Shown one piece after another: positions 50,427 through 62,895 of a stretch of DNA of 64,000 nucleotides. The DNA comes from Mobula hypostoma (Eukaryota), in the NCBI RefSeq assembly GCF_963921235.1, contig NC_086097.1, positions 18,354,001-18,418,000 of the forward strand, given 5' to 3'. The notes beneath the pieces were generated by a model. That model saw only the letters and a program-made list of their open reading frames with translations, had not been told where the DNA came from and did not search any database. Position 1 is the first letter of the stretch; the number at the start of each line of letters is the position of its first letter. The position numbers and the translations under genes were made by a program.

Positions 50427-52930
50427 CATAGAACATAGAATAGTACAGCACATTACAGGCCCTTCGGCCCACAATGTTATGCCGACCCTCAAACCCTGCC
50501 TCCCATATAAACCCCCCCCCCACCTTAAATTCCTCCATATACCTGTCTAGTAGTCTCTTAAACCTCACGAGTGTATCTGCCTCCACCACTGACTCGGGCA
50601 GTGCATTCCACGCACCAATCCCCCTTGAACTTCTCGCCCCTTACCTTAAAGCCATGTCCTCTTGTATTGAGCAGTGGTGCCCCAGGGAAGAGGCGCTGGC
50701 TATCCACTCTATCTATTCCTCTTATTATCTTGTACACCTCTATCATGTCTCCTCTCATCCTCCTTCTCTCCAAAGAGTAAAGCCCTAGCTCCCTTAATCT
50801 CTGATCATAATGCATACTCTCTAAACCAGGCAGCATCCTGGTAAGTCTCCTCTGTACCCTTTCCAATGCTTCCACATCCTTCCTGTAGTGAGGTGACCAG
50901 AACTGGACACAGTACTCCATTTAAAGGACTACAGGTCCTTTAACATCTGCCGGACGATGCTGAGGATGATCTACGAGACTGTGGTGGCCAGTACTATCAT
51001 GTTTGCTGTTGTGTGCTGGGGCAGCAGGCTAAGAGTAGCAGACACCAACAGAATCAACAAACTTATTCGTAAGGCCAGTGATGTTGTGGGGATGGAACTG
51101 GACTCTCTGACGGTGATGTCTGAAAAGAGGATGCTGTCTAAGTTGTATGCCATCTTGGACAATGTCTCCCATCCACTACATAATGTACTGGGTGGGCACA
51201 GGGGTACATTCAGCCAGAGACTCATTCCACTGAGATGCAACACAGAGCGTCATAGGAAGTCATTCCTGCCTGTGGCCATCAAACTTTACAACTCCTCCCT
51301 TGGAGGGTCAGACACCCTGTGCCATTAGGCTGGTCCTGGACTTATTTCAAAATTTACTGGCATAATTTACATATTACTATTTAATTATTTATGGTTCTAT
51401 TACTATTTATTATTTATGGTGCAACTGTGACAAAAACCAATTTCCCCCTGGGATCAATAAAGTATGTCTATGACTATGACTATTTGTGGCCAACCAGAGT
51501 TTTATAGAGCTGCATCATTACATCATGACTCCTAAACTCTATCCCTCGACTTATGAAAGCTAACACCCCATAAGCTTTCTTAACTACCCTATCTACCTGT
51601 GAGGCAACTTTCAGGGATCTGTGGACATGTACCCCAGATCCCTCTGCTCCTCCATACTACCAAGTATCCTGCCGTTTACTTTGTACTCTGCCTTGTAGTT
51701 TGTCCTTCCAAAGTGTACCACCTCACACTTCTCCGGGTTGAACTCCATCTGCCACTTCTCAGCCCGCTTCTGTATCCTATCAATATCTCTCTGCAATCTT
51801 TGACAATCCTCCACACTATCTACAACACCACCAACCTTTGTGTCATCTGCAAACTTGCCAACCTACCTCTCTACCCCCCACCTCCAGGTCGTTAATAAAA
51901 ATCACGAAAATTAGAGGTCCCAGAACAGATCCTTGTGGGACACCACTAGTCACAATCCTCCAATCTGAATGTACTCCCTCCACCACGACCCTCTGCCTTC
52001 CGCAGGCAAGCCAATTCTGAATCCACCTGGCCAAACTTCCCTGGATCCCATGTCTTCTGACTTTCTGAATAAGCCTACCGTGTGGAACCTTGTCAAATGC
52101 CTTACTAAAATCCATATAGATCACATCCACTGCACTACCCTCATCTATATGCCTGCTCACCTCCTCAAAGAACTCTATCAGGCTTGTTAGACATGATCTG
52201 CCCTTCACAAAGCCATGCTGACTGTCCTTGATCAGAGTATGATTCTCTAAATGCCCATAGATCCTATCTTTAAGAATCTTTTCCAACAGCTTTCCCACCA
52301 CAGACATAAGGCTCACTGGTCTATAATTATCCGGACTATCCCTACTATCTTTTTTGAACAAGGGAACATCATTCGCCTCCCTCCAATCCTCCGGTACCAT
52401 GCCCGTGGACAACGAGGACATAAAGATCCTAGCCAGAGCCTCAGCAATCTCTTCCCTCGCCTCACAGAGCAGCCTGGGGAATATTCCGTCAGGCCCCGGG
52501 GACTTATCCATCCTAATGTATTTTAACAACTCCACCTCCTCTCCCTTAATATCAGCATGCTCCAGAACATCAACCTCACTCATATTGTCCTCACCATCAT
52601 CAAGTTCCCTCTCATTGGTGAATACCGAAGAGAAGTATTCACTGAGGACCTCGCTCACTTCCACAGCCTCCAGGCACATCTTCCCACCTTTATCTCTAAT
52701 TGGTCCTACCTTCACTCCTGTCATCCTTTTGCTCTTCACATAATTGAAGAATGCCTTGGGGTTTTCCTTTACCCTACTCACCAAGGCCTTCTCATGCCCC
52801 CTTCTTGCTCTTTTCAGCCCCTTCTTAAGCTCCTTTCTTGCTTCCCTATATTCCTCAATAGACTCATCTGATCCTCGCGTCCTAAACCTCATGTATGCTG
52901 CTTTCTTCCACCTGACTAGATCTTCCACCT
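50427..52930 (-). mobile_element. Young CR1 ORF2 fragment (RT), interrupted by Rex1 at about 50919-51483
   Basis: 361-aa open stretch with [36 protein letters not shown] and [11 protein letters not shown]. Confidence 0.93.
50919..51483 (+). mobile_element. Rex1/Babar 3' fragment with (ATGACT)n tail
   Basis: YETVVASTIMFAVVCWG...HPLH...SFLPVAIKLYN; the CR1 host continues on both sides. Confidence 0.85.
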
Positions 52931-52934
52931 CACT

Positions 52935-53598
52935 ATTACAAATACCTGGGGATACGAATTGACAATAAACTGGACTGGTCTAAGAACACTGAGGCTGTCT
53001 ACAAGAAGGGTCAGAGCCGTCACCATTTCCTGAGGAGTCTGAGGTCCTTTAACATCTGCCGGACGATGCTGAGGATGTTCTACGAGTCTGTGGTGGCCAG
53101 TGCTATCATGTTTGCTGTTGTGTTCTGGGGCAGCAGACTGAGGGTAGCAGACACCAACAGAATCAACAAACTCATTCGTAAGGTCAGTGATGTTGTGGGG
53201 ATGGAACTGGACTCTCTGACGGTGGTGTCTGAAAAGAGGATGCTGTCCAAGTTGCATGCCATCTTGGTCAATGTCTCCCATCCACTACACAATGTACTGA
53301 TTGGGCACAGGAGTACATTCAGCCAGAGACTCATTCCACCGAGATGCAGCACAGAGCGTCATAGGAAGTCATTCCTGCCTGTGGCCATCAAACTTTACAA
53401 CTCCTCCCTTGGAGGGTCAGACACCCTGAGCCAATAGGCTGGTCCTGGACTTATTTCATAATTTACTGGCATAATTTACGTATTACTATTTAACTATTTA
53501 TGGTTTTATTACTATTTATTATTTATGGTGCAACTGTAACGAAAACCAATTTCCCCCAGGATCAATAACGTATGACTATGACTATGACCATGACCATG
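52935..53598 (+). mobile_element. Rex1/Babar 3' fragment, sister copy of 50919-51483
   Basis: YKYLG...KKGQSR...YESVVASAIMFAVVFWG; (ATGACT)n tail. Confidence 0.85.
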
Positions 53599-54689
53599 AG
53601 AAGTGAGCATGGCCTGGAAGGTGGAAGCTCTGAGTGGCGGAGGCTGAATTCTTGTGGCGGCTTTCGGGCAAATGTGCTCAATGCAGAGTCAGATTTTGAT
53701 TGTGAGCATTGTTTAGAGGCGGGGATGCAGGTGACTATAATTTTATGTATTTCGAGTTACAGTGTGGAATAGGCCCTCCCCGCACATCGAGCTGCTCCAC
53801 TCAGGATTTAACCCGGATTTAACCCTAACCTAATCACAGGACAATTTACAATGACCAGTTCACCTCTTTGGACTGTGTGAGGAAACACGCATTCCACAGG
53901 GAGGACGTGCAGCGACTCCGTACAGAGAATGTAATGTATACAAAATGTCAGAGGATCTCAGCAGGTCAGGCAGCATCTATGGAAAAGAGTGAACAGTTGA
54001 CATTTCGGGCTAAGACCTTTCATCAGCACCTACAGGGAATGCTGGGATCGAACTCCGAACTCCGACACCTCCAGCTATAAAGGCGACACTCTAACCGCTA
54101 CACTACCATGGCATAAGTTATTAATATTAACTTCCCATGGTAATTGTAACTGGGAGACCAGCTGATAAGATGAACGGTATCTGTCAAGAGTACTTGGGAC
54201 CGAATAAGACAAGAAACAAGGGGTGGTGATCCAAGCATAGAAATGATCACAGTTATTGATTTATTATTTTATAATCATGAGATCAAATGTTAGCTCAGAA
54301 GATAAGAGACTATAATTAGAATAAAAACAGGTTGGCAATACAAATTTGCCCTTTTGCATTTCTAATGTGGGCAGTAATTATACCCCCACACTGACAGGAT
54401 AAATACCATACCAATTCCCTTTCTCAACTGACGTGTAATCAATGAAATGAAGTCCTGTAATCTTAACTCAGTTTCTGAACACATTCATCTACAGCATTGA
54501 ACACTCTCTAATGATATATCGATTAATACAAACAGGGCAGTCTTGCCTATTTTGAACTGGGACTTCAATTTGTAACATTGCTTTTGTTTCATGGTCACGT
54601 TTGCTTTGATCTGTCCAATGACATACAGCTGAACTCCATTGAATGAAAGATTTCAATAATATCGAAAAAGTACACAAAAATGTACAAAA

Positions 54690-56175
54690 ATGATGCTGGG
54701 ACTAGAGGACTTGAGTTATAGAGAAAGGTTGAATATGTTAGGCAGCGAGTGGGAATAAAAGGATCCTTTGGTTGGCTGCCAGTGACCAGTAGTGATCTGC
54801 AGGGGTCGGTGTTGGGACCACTTCTTTTTATGCTGTATATCAATTATCTAGATGATGGAATAGATGGGTTTGTTGCTAAGTTTGCAGATGATACGAAGAC
54901 TGGTGGTGGTGCAGGCAGTGTTGAGGAAACAGATAGGCTGCAGAAGGATTAAGAGAATCAAGAAACTGACAAATGAAATACAATGTTGGAAAATGCATGC
55001 TCATGCACTTTGGTATCAGAAATATATGTGCAGACTATTTTCTAAACAGGGAGAAAATCCAAAAATCTGAGATGCAAAGGGTCTTGCGAGTCCTTATGCA
55101 GAACACCCTGAAGGTTAACTTGAATGTAAAGTCAGTGGCGTGGAAGGCAAATGCAATGTAGCATTCATTTCAAGAGGTCTAGAATACAAGAGCAAGGATG
55201 TGATGCTGAGGCTTTATAAGGCACTGGTGAGGCCTCACCTTGAGTATTGTCAACAGTTTTGGGGTCAGTTTTGGATTCAGAGGAGGTTCAAAAAGATAAT
55301 TCCAGGAATGAAAGAGTTATCATACGAGGAACGTTTGATAGCTCTGGGCCTGTACTCACTGGAATTTAGAAGGATGGGGGGGGTGGATTTCATTGGAACC
55401 TTTTGAATGTTGAAAGACGTAGACAGGATGTTTCCCATGGTGGAGAAGTTTAGGACAAGAGGGCACAGCCTCATGATAGAGGGGCACCTATTTAAAACAG
55501 AGATGGTGAGAAATTTCTTTCATCAGATGGTGGTGAATTTGTGGAATTTGTTACCACAGGCAGCTGTGGAGGCCAGGTTGTTGGGTGTATTTAAGGCAGA
55601 GCTTGATAGGTTCTTGATTGTACACAGCATCAAAGGTTATGGGGAGAAGGCTGGGGAGTGGGGCTGAGGAGGGAATAAAGGATCAGCCATGTTTAAATGG
55701 TGGAGCAGACAATGTGCCAATGGCCTAATTCTGCTCCTAAATCTTATGGTCTTATTATGGTCTTTATTCCCTGGAGTATAGGAGAATGAGTGGAGATTTG
55801 ATGGAGTATACAAAATTATTATGGGTATAGATAGGGTAAATGCAAGCAGGCTTTCTGTACTAAATTTGTGTGACACTAGAACTAGAGGTTGTAGGTTAAG
55901 AATGAAAGGTGAAATGTTTAATTGGAATCTGAGGGGAAACTTCTTCACTCAGAAGGTGTTGAAAATGTGGATTGAGCTGCCAGCGAAAGTGGTGGATAGG
56001 AGTTTGATTGCAATACTTAGGAGAAGTTTGGATAAGTATATGGATGGGAAGGTATGGAGGGCTGTGCTGCAGGTGCAAGGTGATAGGACTAGGCAGGAAA
56101 ACAGTGAGGCACAGATTACTAGATGGGCTGAATGGCCTGTTTCTGTGCTGTAGTGCTCTATGATTCTATGACTCT
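54690..56175 (+). mobile_element. Two adjacent CR1 3' fragments
   Basis: [15 protein letters not shown]...KFADDTK; two separate CR1 3' tails near 55760 and 56175. Confidence 0.8.
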
Positions 56176-57572
56176 AATGGGAATTTAAGGTACAACTGTG
56201 TCAGTTCAAGTTCAGCAAAAGGACTTTCATGAAAGACCTAAATGACAAGGACTTGCATTTGCACAAACAAACGTTGCAGAACAAGTTAAAAGTTTTCTTT
56301 TCTTATATTCATGGCATGCCTGCTGTTAAAGTTTCCATTATTTTAATGTTAATGAACACGATCCTAGCTGGCCTTAAAGCAAGCTAAATAATAGGAACTG
56401 AAGGATATGTAATTACTTATTCTAATACACTAATAGACTTATTTGAAAGAGTCAGCATTGTTTGTGTGTGTTTGTTCATGACTTACCAACTTGACTGAGC
56501 TTTCTGAGGAGGTGGCAATCAACTGGGATTGAGGAGTGAATGTTGTTTATGTGGATTTCAGTAAAGCATTCAATCAGGTACCCTACTTGAACTAGAAGAT
56601 TAAGGTTCATGTGATCTACTGTATTTTGGAAGACTGGGTTCAAAATTAGCTTTTTCATAGCAGACAAGATAGTGGAGGAAGGTTGTAATTCTGACTGAAG
56701 GATAAATGACAATAAGATCATAAGACATAGGAGCAGAATTAGGCTATTCGACCCATCAAGTCTGTTCCACCATTTCATCATGGCTGATCCATTTTTCCTC
56801 TCAGCTCCATTCCCCTGCCTTTTCCCCATAACTATGCATGCTCTATCTAATCAAGAATCTAACAATCTCTATGTTAAATACACTCAGTGACTTGGCCTCC
56901 ACAGCTGCCATTGGCAACGAATTCCAGATTCACCACTCTGGCTAAAGAAATTCCTCATCTCCATTCTAAGTTGTCGTCCCTCTGTTCTGAGGTAGTGCCC
57001 TCTGGTCTTTGTCTCACCGACTATAGGAAAAATCCTCTCCGCCTCCACTCTATCGAGGCCTTTCAACTTTTGGTAGGTTTCAATGAGATCACCCCTCATT
57101 CTTCTAAATTTCAGTGAGTGCAGGCCCAGAGCCATCAAATGCTCTTCATACGATAACCCTTTCATTCCCAGAATCATGCTGATGAAACTCTCTGAAACCT
57201 CTCTAATGTCAGCACATCCTTTCTTGGTTAAGGGACCAAAAACTGCTCACAATACTCTGTGCGGTCTCACAAATGCCTTATAAAGCCTGAGCATTACATT
57301 CTTACTTTTATATTCTAGTCCTCTCAAAATGAATGCTAACATTGCATTTGCCTTCCTTACCACTGACTCAACCTGCAAATTAACCTTTAGGGAATCCTGC
57401 ACAATGGCTCCTAAGCCCCTTTAAACTTCAGATTTTTGAATTTTCTCCCCATTTAGAAAATATTCTACGCTTTTATTCCTTCTCCCGAAGAGCATGACCA
57501 TACACATTCCAATGCTGTATTCCATTTGCCATTTCTTTGCCCATTCTCCTAATCTGTCTAAGTCCTTCTGTA

Positions 57573-57679
57573 ACACACACAAAATGGTGGAGGAATTCAA
57601 CAGACCAGGCAGCATCTATGGAAAAGAGTACAGTCGATGTTTCGGGCCAAAGCCCTTCTGCAGGACTCCTGTTAACATA
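57573..57679 (-). mobile_element. Penelope pLTR-derived mini-element
   Basis: TSD TTCTGTA at 57566-57572 and 57680-57686. Minus strand agtcctgcagaagggctttggcccgaaacatcgactg is a decayed hammerhead. Confidence 0.75.
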
Positions 57680-59259
57680 TTCTGTAGCCTCTTTACAGCC
57701 TCAACACTACCTGCCCCACCACCTATCTCCCTATCATCCACAAACTTGGCCACAAAACCATCAATTCATCATCCAAATCATTAACATGCAATGTTTTAAG
57801 GAGCGGTCCCAACACCAACCCCTGCAGAAAACCACTAGTCACCAGCAGCCAACCAGAAAAGGCTCCCTTTATTACCAATCTTTGCCTCTTTCCAATCAGT
57901 CAATGATCTATCCATGCTAGTATTTTTCTTGTAATACCATAGGCTGTTATCTTGTCAATCAGCCTCATTCACAGTACCTTGTCAAAGGCCATCTGAAAGT
58001 TGAAGTACACAACATCTACCAATTCTCTTTTGCTTATCCTATTTGTTATATCCTCAAAGAATTCCAATAGGTTTGACAGGCAAGATTTTCCCTTAGGCAA
58101 ACCATGCTGACTTTGGCTTATTTTATCATGTACTTCTAAGTACCCTGAGAACTCATCCTTAGCAATCAATTTCAACATTTTCCCAAACACTGAATTCAGG
58201 CTACCTGGCCTATGTATAGGTTCATTTCTTCCGTCTCCCTCAGTTTCTTGAACAGTGGAGTGACATTTTCAATTTTCCAGTCCTGTGTCTATGCCAGAAT
58301 CTAGTGATTCTTGAAAGATCATTACTAATGCCTGCACAACCCTTCTTTTTTTACGCAGAGGGTGGTGAGTGCATACTGCTAGTGTCTTCCGCAGTGAAGG
58401 CTGATGGGAGATACTTATTCAGTTCATTCACCATATCCTTGTCCCCCATTACTACCTCTCCAGTGGTTTGGCTTGTTTTTAGTTGCCTTCTGCTGGTTTT
58501 TAAAAGCTTCCCAATTTTCTAACTTCCCATTTATTTTTGCTTTATTAGATGCCCTTGCTTTTGCTTTTATGTTGACTTTGACTTCCCTTGTCAGTCATGG
58601 CTGTGTCATCCTGCTTTTAGAATACATATTCTTCATTGGGACGCATCTATCCTGCACCTCCCTACCTGCTCCCAGAAACTCCAGCCATTGCTGTTCTCCC
58701 GCCATCCCTGCTAGTGTTGCCTTCCAATCAATTTTGGCTCGTTTTTTTCTCATGCCTCAGTAATTCCCTTTACTCCACTGTAATACTGATACATCAGACT
58801 TTATCTTCTCCTTCTCAAATTGCAGAGTGAATTCTATCATATTATGACCACTGCCTCCTAAGGGTTCATTTCCGTAAGCTCTCTTAGTCAATTTCCGGTT
58901 CACTTCACAACACCCAATCCAGAATGGCTGCTCTAAAAACCCATCTTGTAGGCATTCTACAAAATTCCCCTCTTGGGATCCAGCAACAACATAGATTTCC
59001 TAATCTACCTGCACATTGAAATCCCCCATATCACAACATTGCCCTTTTGACATATGTAGAAACATAGAAAACCTACAGCACAATACAGGCCCTTTGGCTC
59101 ACAGTGCTGTGTCAAACATGTACTTACTTTAGAAATTACCTAGGGTTACCCATAGCTCTCTATTTTTTAAGTGCATGTACCTATCCAGGAGTCTCTTAAA
59201 AGACCCTATCGTATCTACCTCCATCACTGTCGCTGGCAGCTCATTCCACGCACTCGTCA

Positions 59260-59700
59260 GTCAGTCAGTGGGAAAAGTCCCGAATCCGGGGTTGGTGGCT
59301 ATGCACCTCCATCTTCCATCTTGCAACAGCACCGAGTACAGCCTCTCCTCCAGTTTGTTCTCACTGGCCGCCTTGGCAATGCCTGCCGCCGCCCCCGCCA
59401 AACTCGAGCCGGAGGCCGTGTTGGCCTCCAGCCGCGGCCGCTTCTTCAAGCTCGGCCCTTCCTTAGGCGGAGGCCTTGGGCAGGTCCAGGCACACGGTGC
59501 AGCGCCCAAGTTCATCATGTCTCTTCTAACTGGGTGCATAGCATACGATTTGTAGATACATGGTGAGGCTTTAATCTCTTCCACGGAAGATGGCCGTTGG
59601 CTCACAAGAAGCTCATCTGCCCTTTGTCGGGTCTTGTTTATTTTTTTAGTCCTGCTGGGTGTCCTCACACCCTCCTCACCAGACTAAGTCCGGTGGGGGA
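59260..59700 (-). mobile_element. 441-bp retroposed element (RTE-like ends) carrying a captured host coding fragment
   Basis: TSD GCACTC(G/A)TCA at 59250-59259 and 59701-59710, inside a CR1 3' end that is continuous once the insert is removed. (ACTG)n tail. The 3' part translates QDGRWRCIATNP, resembling an RTE ORF C-terminus. Confidence 0.8.
59326..59503 (-). pseudogene. CYHR1: Circularly permuted fragment of CYHR1/ZFTRAF1 N-terminal coding sequence
   Basis: 59503-59468 encodes [11 protein letters not shown]. 59467-59326 encodes PKEGPSLKKRPRLE...[12 protein letters not shown]. Rejoining CTG T + GC TGC ACC restores [22 protein letters not shown], which I recognise from memory as the start of the CYHR1 RING region. 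Confidence 0.82.
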
Positions 59701-59947
59701 GCACTCATCACTCCCTGCTTAAAAAAACTTACCCCTGACGTCTCCTCTGTACCTACTTCCAACCACCTTAAAACTGCCATTTCAGCCCCGGGAAAAAACC
59801 TCTGACTATCCACACGATCAATACCTTTTCTATCTCCCATTGTAATTTGTACCACTGTTCAGATGCCTGTACATAACTCCTCTTGGGGTGTTTTTACCCT
59901 TGCAGTTTCTTATCTCTGCCCACAGGGATTCTACATCTTCCAATTCT

Positions 59948-60254
59948 TATATAAGCATCTGTTTGTCTCATGAGACCATGGATTTGCACCTTGGAAGGGT
60001 TCCAGGGCGCAGGCCTGGGCAAGGTTGTATGGAAGACCAGCAGTTGCCCATGCTGCAAGTCTCCCCTCTCCACTCCACCGATGTTGTCCAAGGGAAGGGC
60101 ATTAGGACTCATACAGCTTGGCACCAGTGTCGTCGCAGAGCAATGTGTAGTTAAGGGCCTTGCTCAAGGACACAATATGCTGCCTCAGCTGAGACTCGAA
60201 CTAGTGACCTTCAGATCACTAGACTGATGCCTTAACCACTTGGCCACATGCCAC
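59948..60254 (-). mobile_element. tRNA-derived SINE with RTE-type body and tail
   Basis: 15-bp TSD ACATCTTCCAATTCT at 59933-59947 and 60255-60269. A-box TGGCCAAGTGG, B-box GTTCGAGTC. Confidence 0.88.
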
Positions 60255-60649
60255 ACATCTTCCAATTCTATGCCACCACTTTCTAAAGATGTGATTTCAT
60301 TTTTTTTTTACCAACAGAGGAACACTGCCTCTTCTGCTTACCTGCCTGGCCTTTTGATACAATCTGTACACAATGTATGGCTCTCAGCTATAATCATCTT
60401 TCTGCCACAACTCAGTGGCACCCACAAAGTCATAACTGCCAGTCTCTAACAGCAGGACAAGATTATATATCTTATTCCATATGCAGTGTTCACTCAAATA
60501 TATCACCTTTAGTCCTGTATTCCTCGCCCTTTTCAATTTTGTCCCCATGTTACACTGCAACTCATCCCATTAATTGCAATTTTGCCCCACCGTTTGCCTG
60601 TCCTTTCTGACTGTGCTCGTTGGTGGTGAGGGCTTTATCTGTAATGGAC

Positions 60650-61100
60650 TGAACCATACACATTACCTTTTGTAGGCTTTTCTGTATGAGGTGTTTCCAT
60701 ACCAGGCCATAATGCAACCAGTCAATATGCTCTCTACTACGTGTCTATGGAAGTCTGTCAGAGTTTTAGTTGACATGCCAAATCTTCGCAAACTTCTAAG
60801 AAAGTAGAGATGTTGCATGCTTTCATTGTAATTGCACTTGCATGCTGGACCCACGACAGATCCTTTGAAATGATAACACCAAGGTATTTAATTTTGCTGA
60901 TCCTCTCCACCGCTGGTCCCCCAGTGAGGACAGGCTCATAGATCTCCAGTTTCCTCCTCCTGAATTCAAAAATCAGCTCCTTAGTCTTGCTGACATTGAG
61001 TGAGAGGTTGCTGTGGCAGATTCAATCTCCCCTCTAAAGGTTGATTCATCACCACCTTTGATTCGGCCAGCAACAGCGGTGTCCTTGGCAAACTTAAATA
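60650..61100 (-). mobile_element. Rex1/Babar RT fragment
   Basis: FKFAKDTAVAGRI; LYFLRSLRRFGMSTKTLTDF...ESILTGCIMAWYG. Confidence 0.8.
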
Positions 61101-61384
61101 TTACCAGGATGTTCACCATGGTGTTGCCTGGATTCGAGATTAGCAATAAGGAGAGGTTGGACAAACTTGGGTTGATTTTCTTGGAGCAGCAATGCAGCAG
61201 GATAAAATTAAATAAAGTTAAGATAAATATAGATAGGATAGTCAGAGTCATTTTCTTAGGTGGGAAATGTCAAATGGCATAGTTTTATGGTGAGAGAGGC
61301 AATATTTAAGGAAGAGTTGTTAGGGATTTTTACACACAGGGTAATAGGTACTTTAAACATGAGACAATAAGATATATATATTTA

Positions 61385-62895
61385 TATTTGTCTGACAGAA
61401 GTATTTCAAATGTCATTAGAAACGGGAATGGTGCTGGAGGATTGGCGTATTGCTCATGTGGTTCCATTGTTTAAAAAGGGTTCTAAGAGTAAACCTGGCA
61501 ATTATCGGCCTGTGAGTTTGATGTCAGTGGTGGATAAATTGATGGAAAGTATCCTTAGAGATGGTATATATAATTATCTGGATAGACAGGGTCTGATTAG
61601 GAACAGTCAACATGGATTTGTGCAAGGAAGGTCATGTTTGACAAATCTTATTGAATTTTTTGAAGAGGTTACTACGAAAGTTGACGAGGGTAAAACAGTG
61701 GATGTTGTCTATATGGACTTCAGTAAGGCCTTTGACAAGGTTCCTCACGGATGGTTAGTTAGAAAGGTTCAATCGTTAGGTGTTAATATGGAAGTAGTAA
61801 AATAGATTCAGCAGTGGCTAGATGGGAGATGCCAGAGAGTAGTGGTGGATAACCGTGTCTCAGATTGGAGGACGGTGTGTAGCAGTGTGCCTCAGGGATC
61901 TGTACTGGGTCCATTGTTGTTTGTAATATATATTAATGATCTGGATGATGGGGTGGTAAATTGGATGAGTAAGTATGCAGATGATACTAAGATAGGTGGT
62001 GCTGTGGATGATGATGTAGGTTTTCAAAACTTGCAGAGAGATTTAGGACAGTTAGAAGAGTGGGCTGAAAGATGGCAGATGGAGTTTAATGCTGAAAAAT
62101 GTGTGGTTCTACATTTTGGTAGAACTAATCAAAATAGGACATACATATTAAATGGTAGGGCATTAAAGAATGCTTTAGAACAGAGGGATCTAGGAATAAT
62201 GGTGCATAGTTCCCTGAAGATGGAATCTCATGTGGATAGGGTGGTGAAGAAAGCTTTTGGTTTGCTGGTCTTTATTAATCAGAGCATTGAGTATAGGAGT
62301 TGGGATGTAATGTTGAATTTGTATAAGGCATTGGTAAGGCCAAATCTGGAGTATTGTGTATAGTTCTGCTCACCGAATTATAGGAAAGATGTCAATAAAA
62401 TTGAGAGAGTACAGAGGAGGTTTACTAAAATGTTGCCTGGGTTTCATCTCCTAAGTTACAGAGAAAGGTTGAACAAGTTGGGTCTTTATTCTTTGGAGCG
62501 TAGAAGGTTCAGGGGGGACTTGATAGGGGTATTTAAAATTATGAGGGGGATTGATAGAGTTGACGTGGTTAGACTTTTTCCTTTGAGAGTGGGAAAGATT
62601 CAAACAAGAGGACATGGGTTGAAAATTAGAGGACAAAAGTTTAGGGGTAACATGAGGGAGAACTTCTTTACTCAGAGTGGTAGCTGTGTGGAATGAGCTT
62701 CCAGCAGAAGTGGTTGAGGCAGGTTCTATGTTGTCGTTTAAAGTTAATTTGGATAGATATATGGACAGGAAAGGAATGGAGGGTTATGGGCTGAGTGCAG
62801 GTCGGTGGGACTAGGATAGGGTAAGAGTTCGGCATGGACTAGAAGGGCCGAGATGGCCTGTTTCAGTGCTGTAATTGTTATATGGTTATATGGTT
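61385..62895 (+). mobile_element. CR1 ORF2 3' half
   Basis: [43 protein letters not shown]; (TATGGTTA)n tail. Confidence 0.93.

Larger units (their letters stand above)
56715..60610 (-). mobile_element. Decayed CR1 hosting several younger insertions
   Basis: QHGLPKGKSCLSNLLEFFED...FQMAFDKV. Interrupted at 57573-57679, at about 59057-59826 (a second CR1 3' end) and at 59948-60254. Confidence 0.8.

Noticed and set aside
51843..52928. 361-aa ORF as a host gene or active retrotransposon
   Set aside because: It is a 5'-truncated CR1 ORF2 piece, frameshifted at the YADD-equivalent region and interrupted by Rex1.
53808..53835. Telomere-like TAACCC motifs
   Set aside because: Only two or three degenerate units, within a SINE-related sequence.
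59261..59668. 135-aa ORF as a real gene
   Set aside because: It starts at GTG, spans element and cargo, and reads the [11 protein letters not shown] block out of frame, so no RING domain is encoded.
59948..60254. tRNA gene
   Set aside because: The A and B boxes belong to a SINE head with a body, tail and 15-bp TSD.
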